This document shows, in pieces, positions 38,801 through 52,344 of a DNA stretch of 64,000 bases. The translations under genes and the position numbers were made by a program. Each line of letters opens with the position of its first letter. Within the stretch, counting starts at the first letter, position 1. The notes under the pieces were generated by a model. It did no database searches. It saw nothing but the letters and a program-made list of their open reading frames with translations, and was not told the DNA's origin. The stretch comes from Anthoceros angustus (Eukaryota; Plantae; Anthocerotophyta): assembly GCA_010909165.1 (NCBI GenBank), contig MU008167.1:62001-126000 (forward strand). The letters run 5' to 3'.

Positions 38801-41800
38801 TTTATTATATTGGGGTGATCAATCCCTAATTATGGTACCATATTCTTTATAATTTATAGTGCATTCTTAGATTATGCCATCTTTATGGTCTTGTGCCACC
38901 TTTATGGTCTTTGATTGTGCCACCTCTGGACTTTTGCCACCTTTATGGTCTTTGATTGTGCCACCTTCGTGGACTTTTGCCACCTTATGCCACTTTCTAC
39001 TTGATGAAGGTAGCTCCAGCTTGCTCTAAGGTGGGATGAAATAATCGAACAGATCGGTCATCAAAACACTCCGTTGCCTCCCTAATATTCCTTCTCCACA
39101 TAGGTTTGCACATCATTCGCCATTTTTGGAGGTGCTCGCAACACACTCCACGACCTGCACAACTTGACTACGTGAGGCCTGCTCAATGTTTGCTCGATGT
39201 GTGTTCACAAAAATGTATTGCGAGCATCGTAGTTTCTTCAACTCTTGTGTCAACCAACTGCACACTTGAGAGTTAGTACCTGTTATGAGAAGCCTATCCA
39301 CTTGTAGTTATGCTCCAACATTGCTTTCAATACATAGAAATGGATTTTTCACTCTAAGCAAATGTGACATGATACACATGCACAAAGTTCCAAATTCGAG
39401 AGACTCCGAGCATCGCCATCAACCCCGGGTGGCGGAAGGATGCGCAACTAGCAAGACTCACAAGTACCCTCCTTTGCAAGACGGCCATGTTTTCATCCCC
39501 TCATCCTCGAGACTCATGGGGCTATGGGCAAGGACTTCTAGGTTAATTAAGGAGTGTGCAAAAGCCTATCACCACAGGAATTGGAGGGCCTCCTTTCCTG
39601 TGGTGGCTTTCTTCGCCTTTGGGTTTCATAGCTCAGAGAAAGCGCTAACGTTGTGTTTGCCAGTGCGCAGACTAGCTTCTTCGACATTGGTGGTAGGTAG
39701 GCCCTTCATCATCCCCGATCACGATATCATTGGTGCGTAGTTACGGAAAGGCTGAGGACTAGGACTTCCCTTTACTATTAGCCCTTTTAGGTTGTTCCTC
39801 CTTGGACTTAAGGGTTGATGGCATTTCCTATCTCGCCTATTAAGAACGTCTACTCTACTCTTCTTACACATGATTAAAGTGCAACGTCCATTACTTTATG
39901 CCTTTATTTTATTACCATGTTGTATTATGTCATTTTTTTATTTCTTATTATTTGCAACTAGACATCATTACTATTTTTTTCTTGTTTTCTCACCATGACT
40001 ACTTTTATGGATGCGGGTTTTAAATGCGGGCTGGAGGACTGCATCGGCTCCATAGGGGTATTTGTGGGTCATCCGACTTCACTTTCTCGCTCACCATGAC
40101 TCCTAGAGATCATGAGTCTTCTCACAAACATACAAAACCACTTCTTCCAAGGGAGAGAAGCGTAACAAGAGTTCTCGACCAACTAAAACCCATCAAGACT
40201 TTTGTGTCAGTCGCCTTGAGATTTGAAGCCAATAGGCTGGACAACATCCTAGGAGGTTGGGAAGCTAGCGGCCTTGGTGACATATTTACAATGATTTACT
40301 TAACTTAAGAGAAAGTAAAGTCTCGCTATGAGGACTACGAGGAGACCAACGTACCCCATCCGACGGGGACCAACTTAGCGGATCTGGAAATCGAAGAGCT
40401 TCACTCAGCTGAAGCTAAAGAGCAAGCTATCACTAGTTCATAGCGGGTGGATTCGTAACTTCGTAAGAAAATTGTTATCGTGCTTTAGCAAATCTTTCTT
40501 TAAGATCTCTTATTTTATTATATTGGGGTGATCAATCCCTAATTATGGTACCATATTCTTTATAATTTATAGTGCATTCTTAGATTATGCCATCTTTATG
40601 GTCTTGTGCCACCTTTATGGTCTTTGATTGTGCCACCTGTGGACTTTTGCCACCTGTGGACTTTTGTTTTGCCAACCTTGGTGGTCTTTTCTCATGCCAC
40701 CTTATGCCACTTTCTACTTGATGAAGGTAGCTCCAGCTTGCTCTAAGGTGGGATGAAATAATCGTAACCAGATCCAGATCTGTCAAACACTCCGTTGCCT
40801 CCCTAATATTCCTTCTCCACATAGGTTTGCACATCATTCTGCCATTTTTGGAGGTGCTCGCAAGCACACACTCCACGACCTGCACAACTTGACTACGTGA
40901 GGCCTGCTCAATGTTTGCTCGATGTGTGTTCACAAAATCTATTGCAGAGCATCGTAGTTTCTTCAACTCTTGTGTCAACCCAATGCACACTTGAGAGTTA
41001 GAAGAAGCCTATCCACTTGTAGTTATGCTCCAACATTGCTTTCAATACATAGAAATGGATTTTTCACTCTAAGCAAATGTGACATGATACACATGCACAA
41101 AGTTCCAAATTGAGACTAGTACCCACAACTCGGCTCCTTCTTTCACATGTAACCGTGTTACATTGCTCCAAAAATAACAAAATGGTATCATTTTGTTCTT
41201 CTTGTTGAGCGCTAATAGATGGATATATCAAAACAATTACAATTGGTTGAGCATTTGGTGAGAAATTGCCCGCTTTCTGATTCGAAATTCCTCAAGGCCC
41301 ATGTTGTATTATGTCATTTTTATTTCTTATTTGCAACTAGACATCATTTACTATTTTTTTTTCTTGTTTTCTCATGACTACTTTTATGGATGCGGGTTTT
41401 AAATGCGGGCTGGAGGACGGGTATCGGCCTCCATAGGGGTATTTGTGGGTCATCCGACTTCACTTTCGCTCACCATGACTCCTAGAGATCATGAGTCTTC
41501 TCACAAACATACAAAACCACTTCTTCCAAGGGAGAGAACAACAAGAGTTCTCGACCAACTACTAAAACCCATCAAGACTTTTGTGTCGAGTCGCCTTGGA
41601 GATTTGGAAGCCAATAGGCTGGACAACATCCTAGGAGGTTGGGAAGCTAGCGGCCTTGGTGACATATTTACAATGATTTACTTAACTTAAGAGAAAGTAA
41701 AGTCTCGCGTTATGAGGACTCGCACGAGGAGACCAACGTACCCCATCCGAGGGACCAACTTAGCGGATCTGGAAATCGAAGAGCTTCACTCAGAAGCTAA

Positions 41801-44172
41801 AGAGCAAGCTATCACTAGTTCATAGCGGTCGGTGGATTCGTAACTTCGTAAGAAAATTGTTATCGTGCTTTAGCAAATCTTTCTTTAAGATCTCTTATTT
41901 TATTATATTGGGGTGATCAATCCCTAATTATGGTACCATATTCTTTATAATTTATAGTGCATTCTTAGATTATGCCATCTTTATGGTCTTGTGCCACCTT
42001 TATGGTCTTTGATTGTGCCACCTCTGGACTTTTGCCACCTTTATGGTCTTTGATTGTGCCACCTTCGTGGACTTTTGCCACCTTATGCCACTTTCTACTT
42101 GATGAAGGTAGCTCCAGCTTGCTCTAAGGTGGGATGAAATAATCGAACAGATCGGTCATCAAAACACTCCGTTGCCTCCCTAATATTCCTTCTCCACATA
42201 GGTTTGCACATCATTCGCCATTTTTGGAGGTGCTCGCAACACACTCCACGACCTGCACAACTTGACTACGTGAGGCCTGCTCAATGTTTGCTCGATGTGT
42301 GTTCACAAAAATGTATTGCGAGCATCGTAGTTTCTTCAACTCTTGTGTCAACCCAATGCACACTTGAGAGTTAGTACCTGTTATGAGAAGCCTATCCACT
42401 TGTAGTTATGCTCCAACATTGCTTTCAATACATAGAAATGGATTTTTCACTCTAAGCAAATGTGACATGATACACATGCACAAAGTTCCAAATTCGAGAG
42501 ACTAGTACCCACAACTCGGCTCCTTCTTTCACATGTAACCGTGTTACATTGCTCCAAAAATAACAAAATGGTATCATTTTGTTCTTCTTGTTGAGCGCTA
42601 ATAGATGGATATATCAAAACAATTACAATTGGTTGAGCATTTGGTGAGAAATTGCCCCTTTCTCATTCTGGCGAAATTCCTCAAGGCCCATGTTCCGTCG
42701 TTTTAGTGACTCAAAAACTACATGTTTGGCACCATTATGTTCCTCTTGTTGAGTTCTATCAGATGATACCAAGACAGTTACAATTGGCCAAGTATTTTGC
42801 GAAAAACTCAGCCTCACTTTTACAGTCATAACCTCCATGGGCATTGGTTAGCTGGAGTTTGCTGGAGGAATGAAAATGCGTGCAGGAATCCTTCTTCAAA
42901 CCAGCACCCTCTCATCTTTGGCACCTCTAGATGCATAAGACGATTCTGTCATCACGTTTGTGAAAACATCAGCCCTCAAAGTGTCTTTGTTGACCGTATG
43001 AGCATCTCTGTGTAGAATGGGGTTTCTGGCTCGTCTTGAGGACATGCTCGTCAATTGCATCTCCATCAACCACTGCACCTTGCCGGTCCATGGCGTTCGT
43101 CCTCACAGTTACCCAAAAGTCTACATTTTTTGCTCACTGTGCACACATGTGTCTTCATCAACCGCTTGAGTGCCTGTATGAGTCTTCACGGTTGGGCGCC
43201 GTTGCATATGTCTTCACCAACCGCTGGCGTTGCATGTGTGTTCACTGTTGCCAAAGTTTTGTATTCTTGTGCACCTCTGTTTGTTTGTGAGCCGGATGAA
43301 CCCTCTTCCACAACATTGTCGCATGTAAAGATCATGCCATCAATGTCTTCCTTCACGGAGTAAGAGCTGACCAATTTGCTTGCTACCAAATCCTTGCCTT
43401 CATCTCCGAGATAGCGTCCGATTAGGTTTTCTCATTCTTCCTTGGCTCTCGCTGCAATTTCCTCACTTTCAACGCGAAAGCGGTTACTTGTTATCGTCCT
43501 CCCTCGACATACGTGTACCCTTCACTAGTACCCTTCACGGTCTCCCAACATTGTTGTGTTTGCATCGATTCCCGGCCTTGCCTTGCCTTTCTTCCACCTA
43601 TGCTTCAACCCTAATTTTCCTCCAACCCGAGGGCGTTGGGCGTGCATGAGAGGCCCATTTGATTCTGACCTCTCCTTTTTGTGATGAAGTGGGACTGCTC
43701 CTCGGGAGGTGGGCTGTTCCTCCACTTTCTTCCCCTTTTAGGTAGGCCTCTTCTCTTCCTTGTTTACCTTCTCTTGAAGTTGCGCAATTTGGGGTCTCAC
43801 TCAATTAGCGTTGCTCTTCAATTCATGAACTAATCTACATTGTTGTGTTTGCATCTCGATTCCCGGCCTTGCCTTGCCTTTCTTCCACCTATGCTTCAAC
43901 CCTAATTTTCCTCCAACCAGTGACGTTGGAAGCGTGCATGAGGCCCATTTGATTCTGACCTCTCCTTTTTGTGATGAAGTGGGACTGCTCCTCGGGAGGT
44001 GGGCTGTTCCTCCACTTTCTTCCCTTTTGTAGGCCTCTTCTCTTCCTTGTTTACCTTCTCTTGAAGTTGCGCAATTTGGGGTCTCACTCAATTAGCGTTG
44101 CTCTTCAATTCATGAACTAATCTACATTATTGAATACACGACATGATCAATTCCTTCTTGGATATCCATTGC

Positions 44173-44514
44173 TCATTCCTCCAAATAAGCATGCTTTCGA
44201 CATAATGGCATGTAAATATCTTCATCCCCAACAACGATTTGAGGTAATAATTTTCCAATTCTATGTGTGAATGGTGCAACCTTGCCACATAATTTACATT
44301 TGGCTAGCAATGTTTCTATTCTATCAACTAATGGAATCAATTGTAATAATTTTTTATGGTTAGTTCATCAATCCACACCATTATTTTTCTTTCCTTTATC
44401 TCACGACTTAACTACGGTTGCTAGTCTACCTTCTTGTTCTAATTGTATGCTTCTTAACAAGTAACTTGTTTTGCCACTAAACATAGGTACCATAATAATG
44501 AAAAATTTCTCCAT
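44173..44514 (-). pseudogene. Thymidine kinase remnant, copy 8
   Basis: Near-identical to the other copies; the middle is locally scrambled. Confidence 0.85.
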
Positions 44515-47126
44515 TTTTATCATCGCCACTTATGGGATTATATTCGAAACAAAACAAGTATTCTTTGAAAGTAAGAAGGTCTCAATGATCAAGCTAGAGT
44601 AAGAAATTCTAAACTAATCCAACTAGAACAAGAAACTCTAAAGTGATCGTGCTACATTATGAGTTGTTTTCTAATGGATTTTGTCTAATCAACTAAATAA
44701 ACAATCACAAATGATCAAAACAAAGAATGCATGATTCAATTGATAAGTCAAAGCTTAAGATTTTGCATTATGAATTACAAATCATGAAAATTGTGCATCA
44801 GAAATGGCGTGAACACAATCTGCGAAGTTTCAAAAGAATGCTTATTTTCGGTGAAAAACTTTTATATAAATTTCTATTAATTTTTACTAATTAAGTGATC
44901 AAAGCTCTATGTGAAACTTATTAAGATTATGGTCTTGATCGCTTTCCGATTAATTGCAATTTCTTTGAATCCTTCACATTCCAATCAATTATAATTAACT
45001 TGTTCCATTGGGCTCTCTTCGCATTGGTTTCTTCGGTTTGTAACTCACTCGCAAATTATTACCTACTCAAAATGCTTGAATTAGTATCTAATAGGCCTCT
45101 GAGCAGGCCTCATAGACTCACATTAATTAATCCAACATTGCAAATCGATGACCTCTTGAGTCATGACATTGTGCCTCTTGCTTCCTCTATTTCTTGTGAC
45201 AGGCTAACACTAACAAGGATGGCGTGAAGGTAATCGCGAAAGAGTAAAACTTGGACTAAGTCAACATGTAGATCGTAAAATCAACACATAAACAAAGAAT
45301 TTGAAAACTCAAAACTTGAAATCAAAAATCAAAAGTTGAGCCACAAAACAAAATAAGGAAAATCAACAGCTCAAAACAAAGATCGAAATCCCAAAATGAA
45401 TATAAACAAAATAGATGCGGATGTACAATGTCATTTACATGCACAACATTGTTTTGTTACAATGTACAATGCCATTTACAATACACAACACCACTTGTAA
45501 AATTTTCAGGTTCTGAATGCACGTCACAATGAAAACGAAAATAGATCTTAAACATGTAGTTCGACCATATCTAAACATCTTTTATATATACACACATAGG
45601 TATATAAAATTTGTATCTTGCATTTCATTCAAAAGAAGCCCGTGGCCTGCCGGACCAATGGGCGGCCTAGAACTCTTACAACCAACCCGTGGCATGAATG
45701 AGAGGATGGGTGGCACCCCATCTTATCACGATTCTTGATTGGCGACAATGGAGTTCCAATGAGCTCACGTGTTTGGATGTCGCTCCTTCAAGGAGGACTA
45801 CAAAACAAAATATTATTTCACCTTTTGGCTTTTGATTCAACGTTTGAATGTGTCGGTTTTTGTTTCAACCTTTTGTGAAACGAGGCGCCGTTGTTTTGCC
45901 TGATGCATTTTGCAACTTTTAGCTTAGCTTTAGCCTCCTTGAAATGGTTGGTAGCACTTTTCTCTTCTTAAAAGCACCTTGACTACTTCTTGGAGCCAAT
46001 AATTTTTTAGTTGGAGCTTTTCTTAGCGATTGAGGTTGAATTATTATGCTTAAGAGCAACTTGAATCTTGTTATCAAGTTGAGCAACAATGCTGGTCATA
46101 ACTTCCATGTATAATTTGCGATGGAAATCAATATTCAAAACTTGAGTGTGGAGCACTTGAATCTTGCACCAAGTTATCCCACTCATAGTTTGATTGTTCA
46201 ATGATATTGCTTAATATGCTTTTGTGAACGACAGCGTCCTTATGTTTAGAGGAAGTAGATAGTTTCTCTTGTCTCTTGAGATCTTTAAATTTATCTCTAG
46301 AGATATCTACTATTTACTGGTATAAAATACACTTCTTGGGTCCAGTATTTTTTATCATTGATAATGCTTGCTTTATTTTTGTAATACTTGAGCATGTATT
46401 ACAACAAGGTGCTTAGACACTTCAGCTTCCTTGAAAACTTGTTCGATTCGCATTGCATCTCATCAATGTGATGCGATATTAAGCGATGAATCACGGTGCT
46501 GCATATGTTGACATTTTTCCAACATTTTGGCGTGCATAACTCCCTCGGTGTGAGTTGAGTTTAAAAGGCTAGCGAGATCGCTTGTTAATTAATGATAAAA
46601 GGATCATTAACACACCAATGTTTTAAAACATAAATAAACAAAGATGTGTTATCAAGGAGAAAAGAACAAAACCCGAGCAAATAAACAAACCACACCTACC
46701 TCGGGGCTAGTGACTCACTTCCTTGTGCTCACTTCGATTACTCAGCTCTATAAATACTACATGTACTTGCTATTTCTAGCGTTTAGGGTTTCACCCTCAT
46801 CTCCTCCTTACAATAAAGAATATCCATCCCTTGTTATTTCTAGCTAAGCATTCTTCTGTTTATAGCTAAATATAATATATTAAATCACATTTACTCATTT
46901 TTCATGATGGGCTCTCCCATCATCTCCTCCTCAATAGAACTTCATTTTTATTTCTTATTATTTGCAACTAGACATCATTTACTATGTTTTCTTGTTTTCT
47001 CAGCCATGACTACTTTTATGAATCCGGGGTTTAAACAAGGGGATGCGAGAATGGGCCCTCCACCTCGTAGGGGCATCGGGGGGTCATCCTGACTTTACTT
47101 TTTGCTCACGATGACTCCTAGAGATC

Positions 47127-47281
47127 CCACAATCCTGCCACCATTATTTTTCTTTCCTTTATCTGTCGCACTTAACTACGGTTGCTAGTGTACCTGCTTC
47201 TCGTTCTAATCGTATGCTTCTTAACAAGTAACTTGTTTTGCCACTAAACATAGGTACCATAATAATGAAAAATTTCTCCAT
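47127..47281 (-). pseudogene. Thymidine kinase remnant, partial copy (N-terminal part only)
   Basis: P-loop segment present; truncated by the rearrangement junction at ~47125. Confidence 0.82.
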
Positions 47282-50200
47282 TTTTATCATCGTCACTTAT
47301 GGGATTATATTGGGTAAAACAAAACAAGTATTCTTTGAAAGTAAGAAGGTCTCAAGCGATCAAGCTAGAGTAAGAAATTCTAAACTAATCCAACTAGAAC
47401 AAGAAACTCTAAAGTGATCGTGCTACATTATGAGTTGTTTTCTAATGGATTTTGTCTAATCAACTAAATAAACAATCACAAATGATCAAAACAAAGAATG
47501 CATGATTCAATTGATAAGTCAAAGCTTAAGATTTTGCATTATGAATTACAAATCATGAAAATTGTGCATGCGAAATGGCCGTGAACACAATAATCACGCG
47601 AAGTTTCAAAAGAATGCTTATTTTACGGTGAAAACTGTTTATATAACTTTCTATTAATTTTTACTAACGGTACAGCCAACAGTCAAAGCTCTATGTGAAA
47701 CTTATTAAGATTATGGTCTTGATCGCTTTCAGTTAATTGCAATTTCTTTGAATCCTTCACATTCCAATCAATTATAATTAACTTGTTCCATTGGGCTCTC
47801 TTCGCATTGGTTTCTTCGGTTTGTAACTCACTGCAAATTATTACCTACTCAAAATGCTTGAATTAGTATCTAATAGGCCTCTGAGCAGGCCTCATAGACT
47901 CACATTAATTAATCCAACATTGCAAATCGATGACCTCTTGAGTCATGATATTGTGCCTCTTGCTTCCTCTATTTCTTGTGACGGCTAACACTAACAAGGA
48001 TGGCGTGAAGGTAATCGAAGAGTAAAACTTGGACTAAGTCAACATGTAGATCGTCGAAAATCAACACATAAAACAAAGAATTTGAAAACTCAAAACTTGA
48101 AATCAAAAATCAAAAAGTTGAGCCACAAAACAAATAAGGAAAATCAACGCTCAAAACAAAGATCGAAATCCCAAAATGAATATAAACAAATAAGGGGTGC
48201 GGATGTACAATGTCATTTCGATTGCACAACATTGTTTTGTTACAATGTACAATGCCATTTACAATACACAACACCACTTGTAAAATTTTCAGTTACGAAT
48301 GCACGTCACAATGAAAACGAAAATAGATCTTAAACATGTAGTTCGACCATATCTAAACATCTTTTATATATACACACATAGGTATATAAAATTTGTATCT
48401 TGCATTTCATTCAAAAGAAGCCCGTAGCCGTGCGGACCAATGGGCGGCCTCGTAGAGCTCTTACAACACGCGCCCGTAGGGGCCATGAATGAGAGGATGG
48501 GTGGCACCCCATCTTATCACCGACATCGATTGGCGACAATGGAGTTCCAATGAGCTCACGTGTTTGGATGTCGCTCCTTCAAGGAGGACTACAAAACAAA
48601 ATATTATTTCACCTTTTGGCTTTTGATTCAACGTTTGAATGTGTCAGTTTTGTTTCAACCTTTTGTGAAACGAGACGCCGTTGTTTTGCTTGATGCATTT
48701 TGCAACTTTTAGCTTAGCTTTAGCCTCCTTGAAATGGTTGGTAGCACTTTTCTCTTCTTAAAAGCACCTTGACTACTTCTTGGAGCCAATAATTTTTAGT
48801 TGGAGCTTTTCTTAAAGCGTTGAGGTTGAATTATTATGCTTAAGAGCAACTTGAATCTTGTTATCAAGTTGAGCAACAATGCTGGTCATAACTTCCATGT
48901 ATAATTTGCGATGGAAATCAATATTCAAAACTTGAGTGTGGAGCACTTGAATCTTGCACCAAGTTATCCCACTCATAGTTTGATTGTTCAATGATATTGC
49001 TTAATATGCTTTTGTGAACGAACGGTCCTTATGTTTAGAGGAAGTAGATAGTTTCTCTTGTCTCTTGAGATCTTTAAATTTATCTCTAGAGATATCTACT
49101 ATTGCACAGTATAAAAATACACTTCTTGGGTCCGAAAGTATTTTTTCGCCATTCAAGTAATGCTTGCTTTATTTTTGTAATACTTGAGCATGTATTACAA
49201 CAAGGTGCTTAGACACTTGACTTCCTTGAAAACTTGTTCGATTGCATTGCATCTCATCAATGTGATGCGATATTAAAGCGATGAATCGGCTCGCATATGT
49301 TGACATTTTTCCAACATTTTGGCGTGCATAACTCCTCGGTGTGAGTTGAGTTTAAAAGGCTAGCGAGATCGCTTGTTAATTAATGATAAAAGGATCATTA
49401 ACACACCAATGTTTTAAAACATAAATAAACAAAGATGTGTTATCAAGGAGAAAAGAACAAAACCCGAGCAAATAAAACAAAACCACACCTACCTCGGGGC
49501 TAGCTCACTTCCTTGTGCTCACTTCTGCTCAGCTCTATAAATACTACATGTACTTGCTATTTCTAGCGTTTAGGGTTTCACCTCATCTCCTCCTTACAAT
49601 AAAGAATATCCCATCCCTTGTTATTTCTAGCTAAGCATTCTTACTGTTTATAGCTAAATATAATATATTAAATCACATTTACTCATTTTTCATGATGGGC
49701 TCTCCCATCATCTCTCCTCCTCAATAGAACTTCATTTTTATTTCTTATTATTTGCAACTAGACATCATTTACTATGTTTTCTTGTTTTCTCAGCCATGAC
49801 TACTTTTATGAATGCGGGTTTTAAACAAGGGGATGCGAGAATGGGCCCTCCACCTCGTAGGGGCATCGGGGTCATCGACTTTACTTTTGCTCACGATGAC
49901 TCCTAGAGATCATGAGTCTTCTCACAACCATACAAACCACTTCTTCTAAGGAGAGAAGCCTACCAGAGTTTCTCGACCAACTACTAAAAACTATCAAGAC
50001 GTCTCGTCCGAGTGGCGCAGTCAAAGATCATTGAAGGTGGCATAAGAGCACGAAAGTCGGTATAATAAAACACCATTGAAGATGATATAAGACCATCAAG
50101 TGGCATAAGACAAGGAAAGGCGGCATAATCAAACACCATTGAAGATGACATAAGACCACCAAGTGGCGAAGACATTGAAAGTTGGCATAACTAAATACCT

Positions 50201-52344
50201 TTGAAGATGACATAAGAGCAAGTGGGATAAGAGCACGAAAGTTGGCTCAATCAAACACCATTGAAGATGACATAAGAGCAATCAAGTGGCATAAGACAAG
50301 GAAAGCTAGCATAATCAAACACCATTGAAGATGACATAAGAACCAAGTGGCGAAGACAACAAAAGTCGGCATAATCAAACACCATTGAAGATGATATAAG
50401 ACCACTTTGTTCAAAGGTGGCAAGAAAAAGCGCTATAAACTATAAAGTATATGGCATCATAATTGGGGACTTATCTCAATGGATAAATGTTTGGGGCAAA
50501 GAGCTTTTAGTATCCGCTAATCGAAAGCGACCCCATGAGCTGGGTTCCACAAGGCGTTGGTACACATTACTAACTCACCCCAATGCATTGAGATATTTTA
50601 ATACAAGATTTGTTAAAACACGATAGTCGCATTAAATCATGGCGAGATTTAGATCACGTTACCCATGATCTAAATCTTGACCGCGCGAGGGTCCGCCTCG
50701 GTTTGGCTCATCCTCCGGCCTCTTCTCTTTCCACATGCGGTTGTGGAGCTGCCATCGACGATTCGGGTCCCATTTGGCCCGTTGTCCCGTGGAGGGGCAA
50801 CGTGTTACTACGCATGACGCCGTTTGGCGGCGTCATGTTTTCGATAACTAAGGAGAGCGGATTTTTCCGTGAGCGCCATATACATTGCATAATGGCGTGT
50901 CACTCGGGCGGACCTTTTTTATACTAGGGGAGCAAATTTACATCGCTCATGTGGTTGTCACGGATCCCACGAGACTCGTATCGAGCACGTCATCATCAAC
51001 CCCGGTGGGTGGCGGAAGGATGCGCAACTAGCAAGACTCACAAGTACCCTCCTTTGCAAGACGGCCATGTTTTCATCCCCTCATCCTCGAGACTCATGGG
51101 GCTATGGGCAAGGACTTCTAGGTTAATTAAGGAGTGTGCAAAGCCTATCACCACAGAATTGGAGGGCCTCCCCTTTCCTCTGTGGTGGCTTTCTTTCGCC
51201 TTTGGGTTTTCATAGCTGTAAGCGCTGGCTAACGTTGTTTATAGGCGCCACAGTAGACTAGCGGCTTCTTTGACATTGGTGGTAGGTAGGCCCTTCATCA
51301 TCCCCGATCACGATATCATTGGTGCGAGGTAGTTACGGAAAGGCATTCGAGGACTAGGACTTCCTTTACTATTAGCCCTTTTAGGTTGTTCCTCCTTGGA
51401 CTTAAGGGTTGATGGCATTTCCTATCTCGCCTATTAAGAACGTCACTCTACTCTTCTTACACATGATTAAAGTGCAACGTCCATTACTTTATGCCTTTAT
51501 TTTTATTACCATGTTGTATTATGTCATTTTTTTATTTCTTATTATTTGCAACTAGACATCATTTACTATTTTTTCTTGTTTTCTCAGCCATGACTACTTT
51601 TATGGATGCGGGTTTTAAATGCGGTGGGAGGATCGGCACTCCATAGGGGTATTTGTGGGTCATCGACTTTACTTTTGCTCACGATGACTCCTAGAGATCA
51701 TGAGTCTTCTCACAAACATACAAAACCACTTCTTCCAAGGGAGAGAAGCGTAACAAGAGTTCTCGACCAACTACTAAAACCCATCAAGACTTTTGTGTCC
51801 GAGTCGCCTTGGAGATTTGGAAGCCAATAGGCTGGACAACATCCTAGGAGGTTGGGAAGAAGGCCTTAGTGACATATTTACAATGATTTACTTAACTTAA
51901 GAGAAAGTAAAGTCTCGCGTTATGAGGACTCGCACGAGGAGACCAACGTACCCCATCCGACGGGACCAACTTAGCGGATGCTGGAAATCGAAGAGCTTCA
52001 CTCACCTGAAGCTAAAGAGCAAGCTATCACTAGTTCATAGCGGTCGGTGGATTCGTAACTTCGTAAGAAAATTATTATCGTGCTTTAGCAAATCTTTCTT
52101 TAAGATCTCTTATTTTATTATATTGGGGTGATCAATCCCTAATTATGGTACCATATTCTTTATAATTTATAGTGCATTCTTAGATTATGCCATCTTTATG
52201 GTCTTGTGCCACCTTTATGGTCTTTGATTGTGCCACCTCTGTGGACTTTTGCCACCTTCGTGGACTTTTGTTTTGCCAACCTTGGTGGTCTTTTCTCATG
52301 CCACCTTATGCCACTTTCTACTTGATGAAGGTAGCTCCAGCTTG

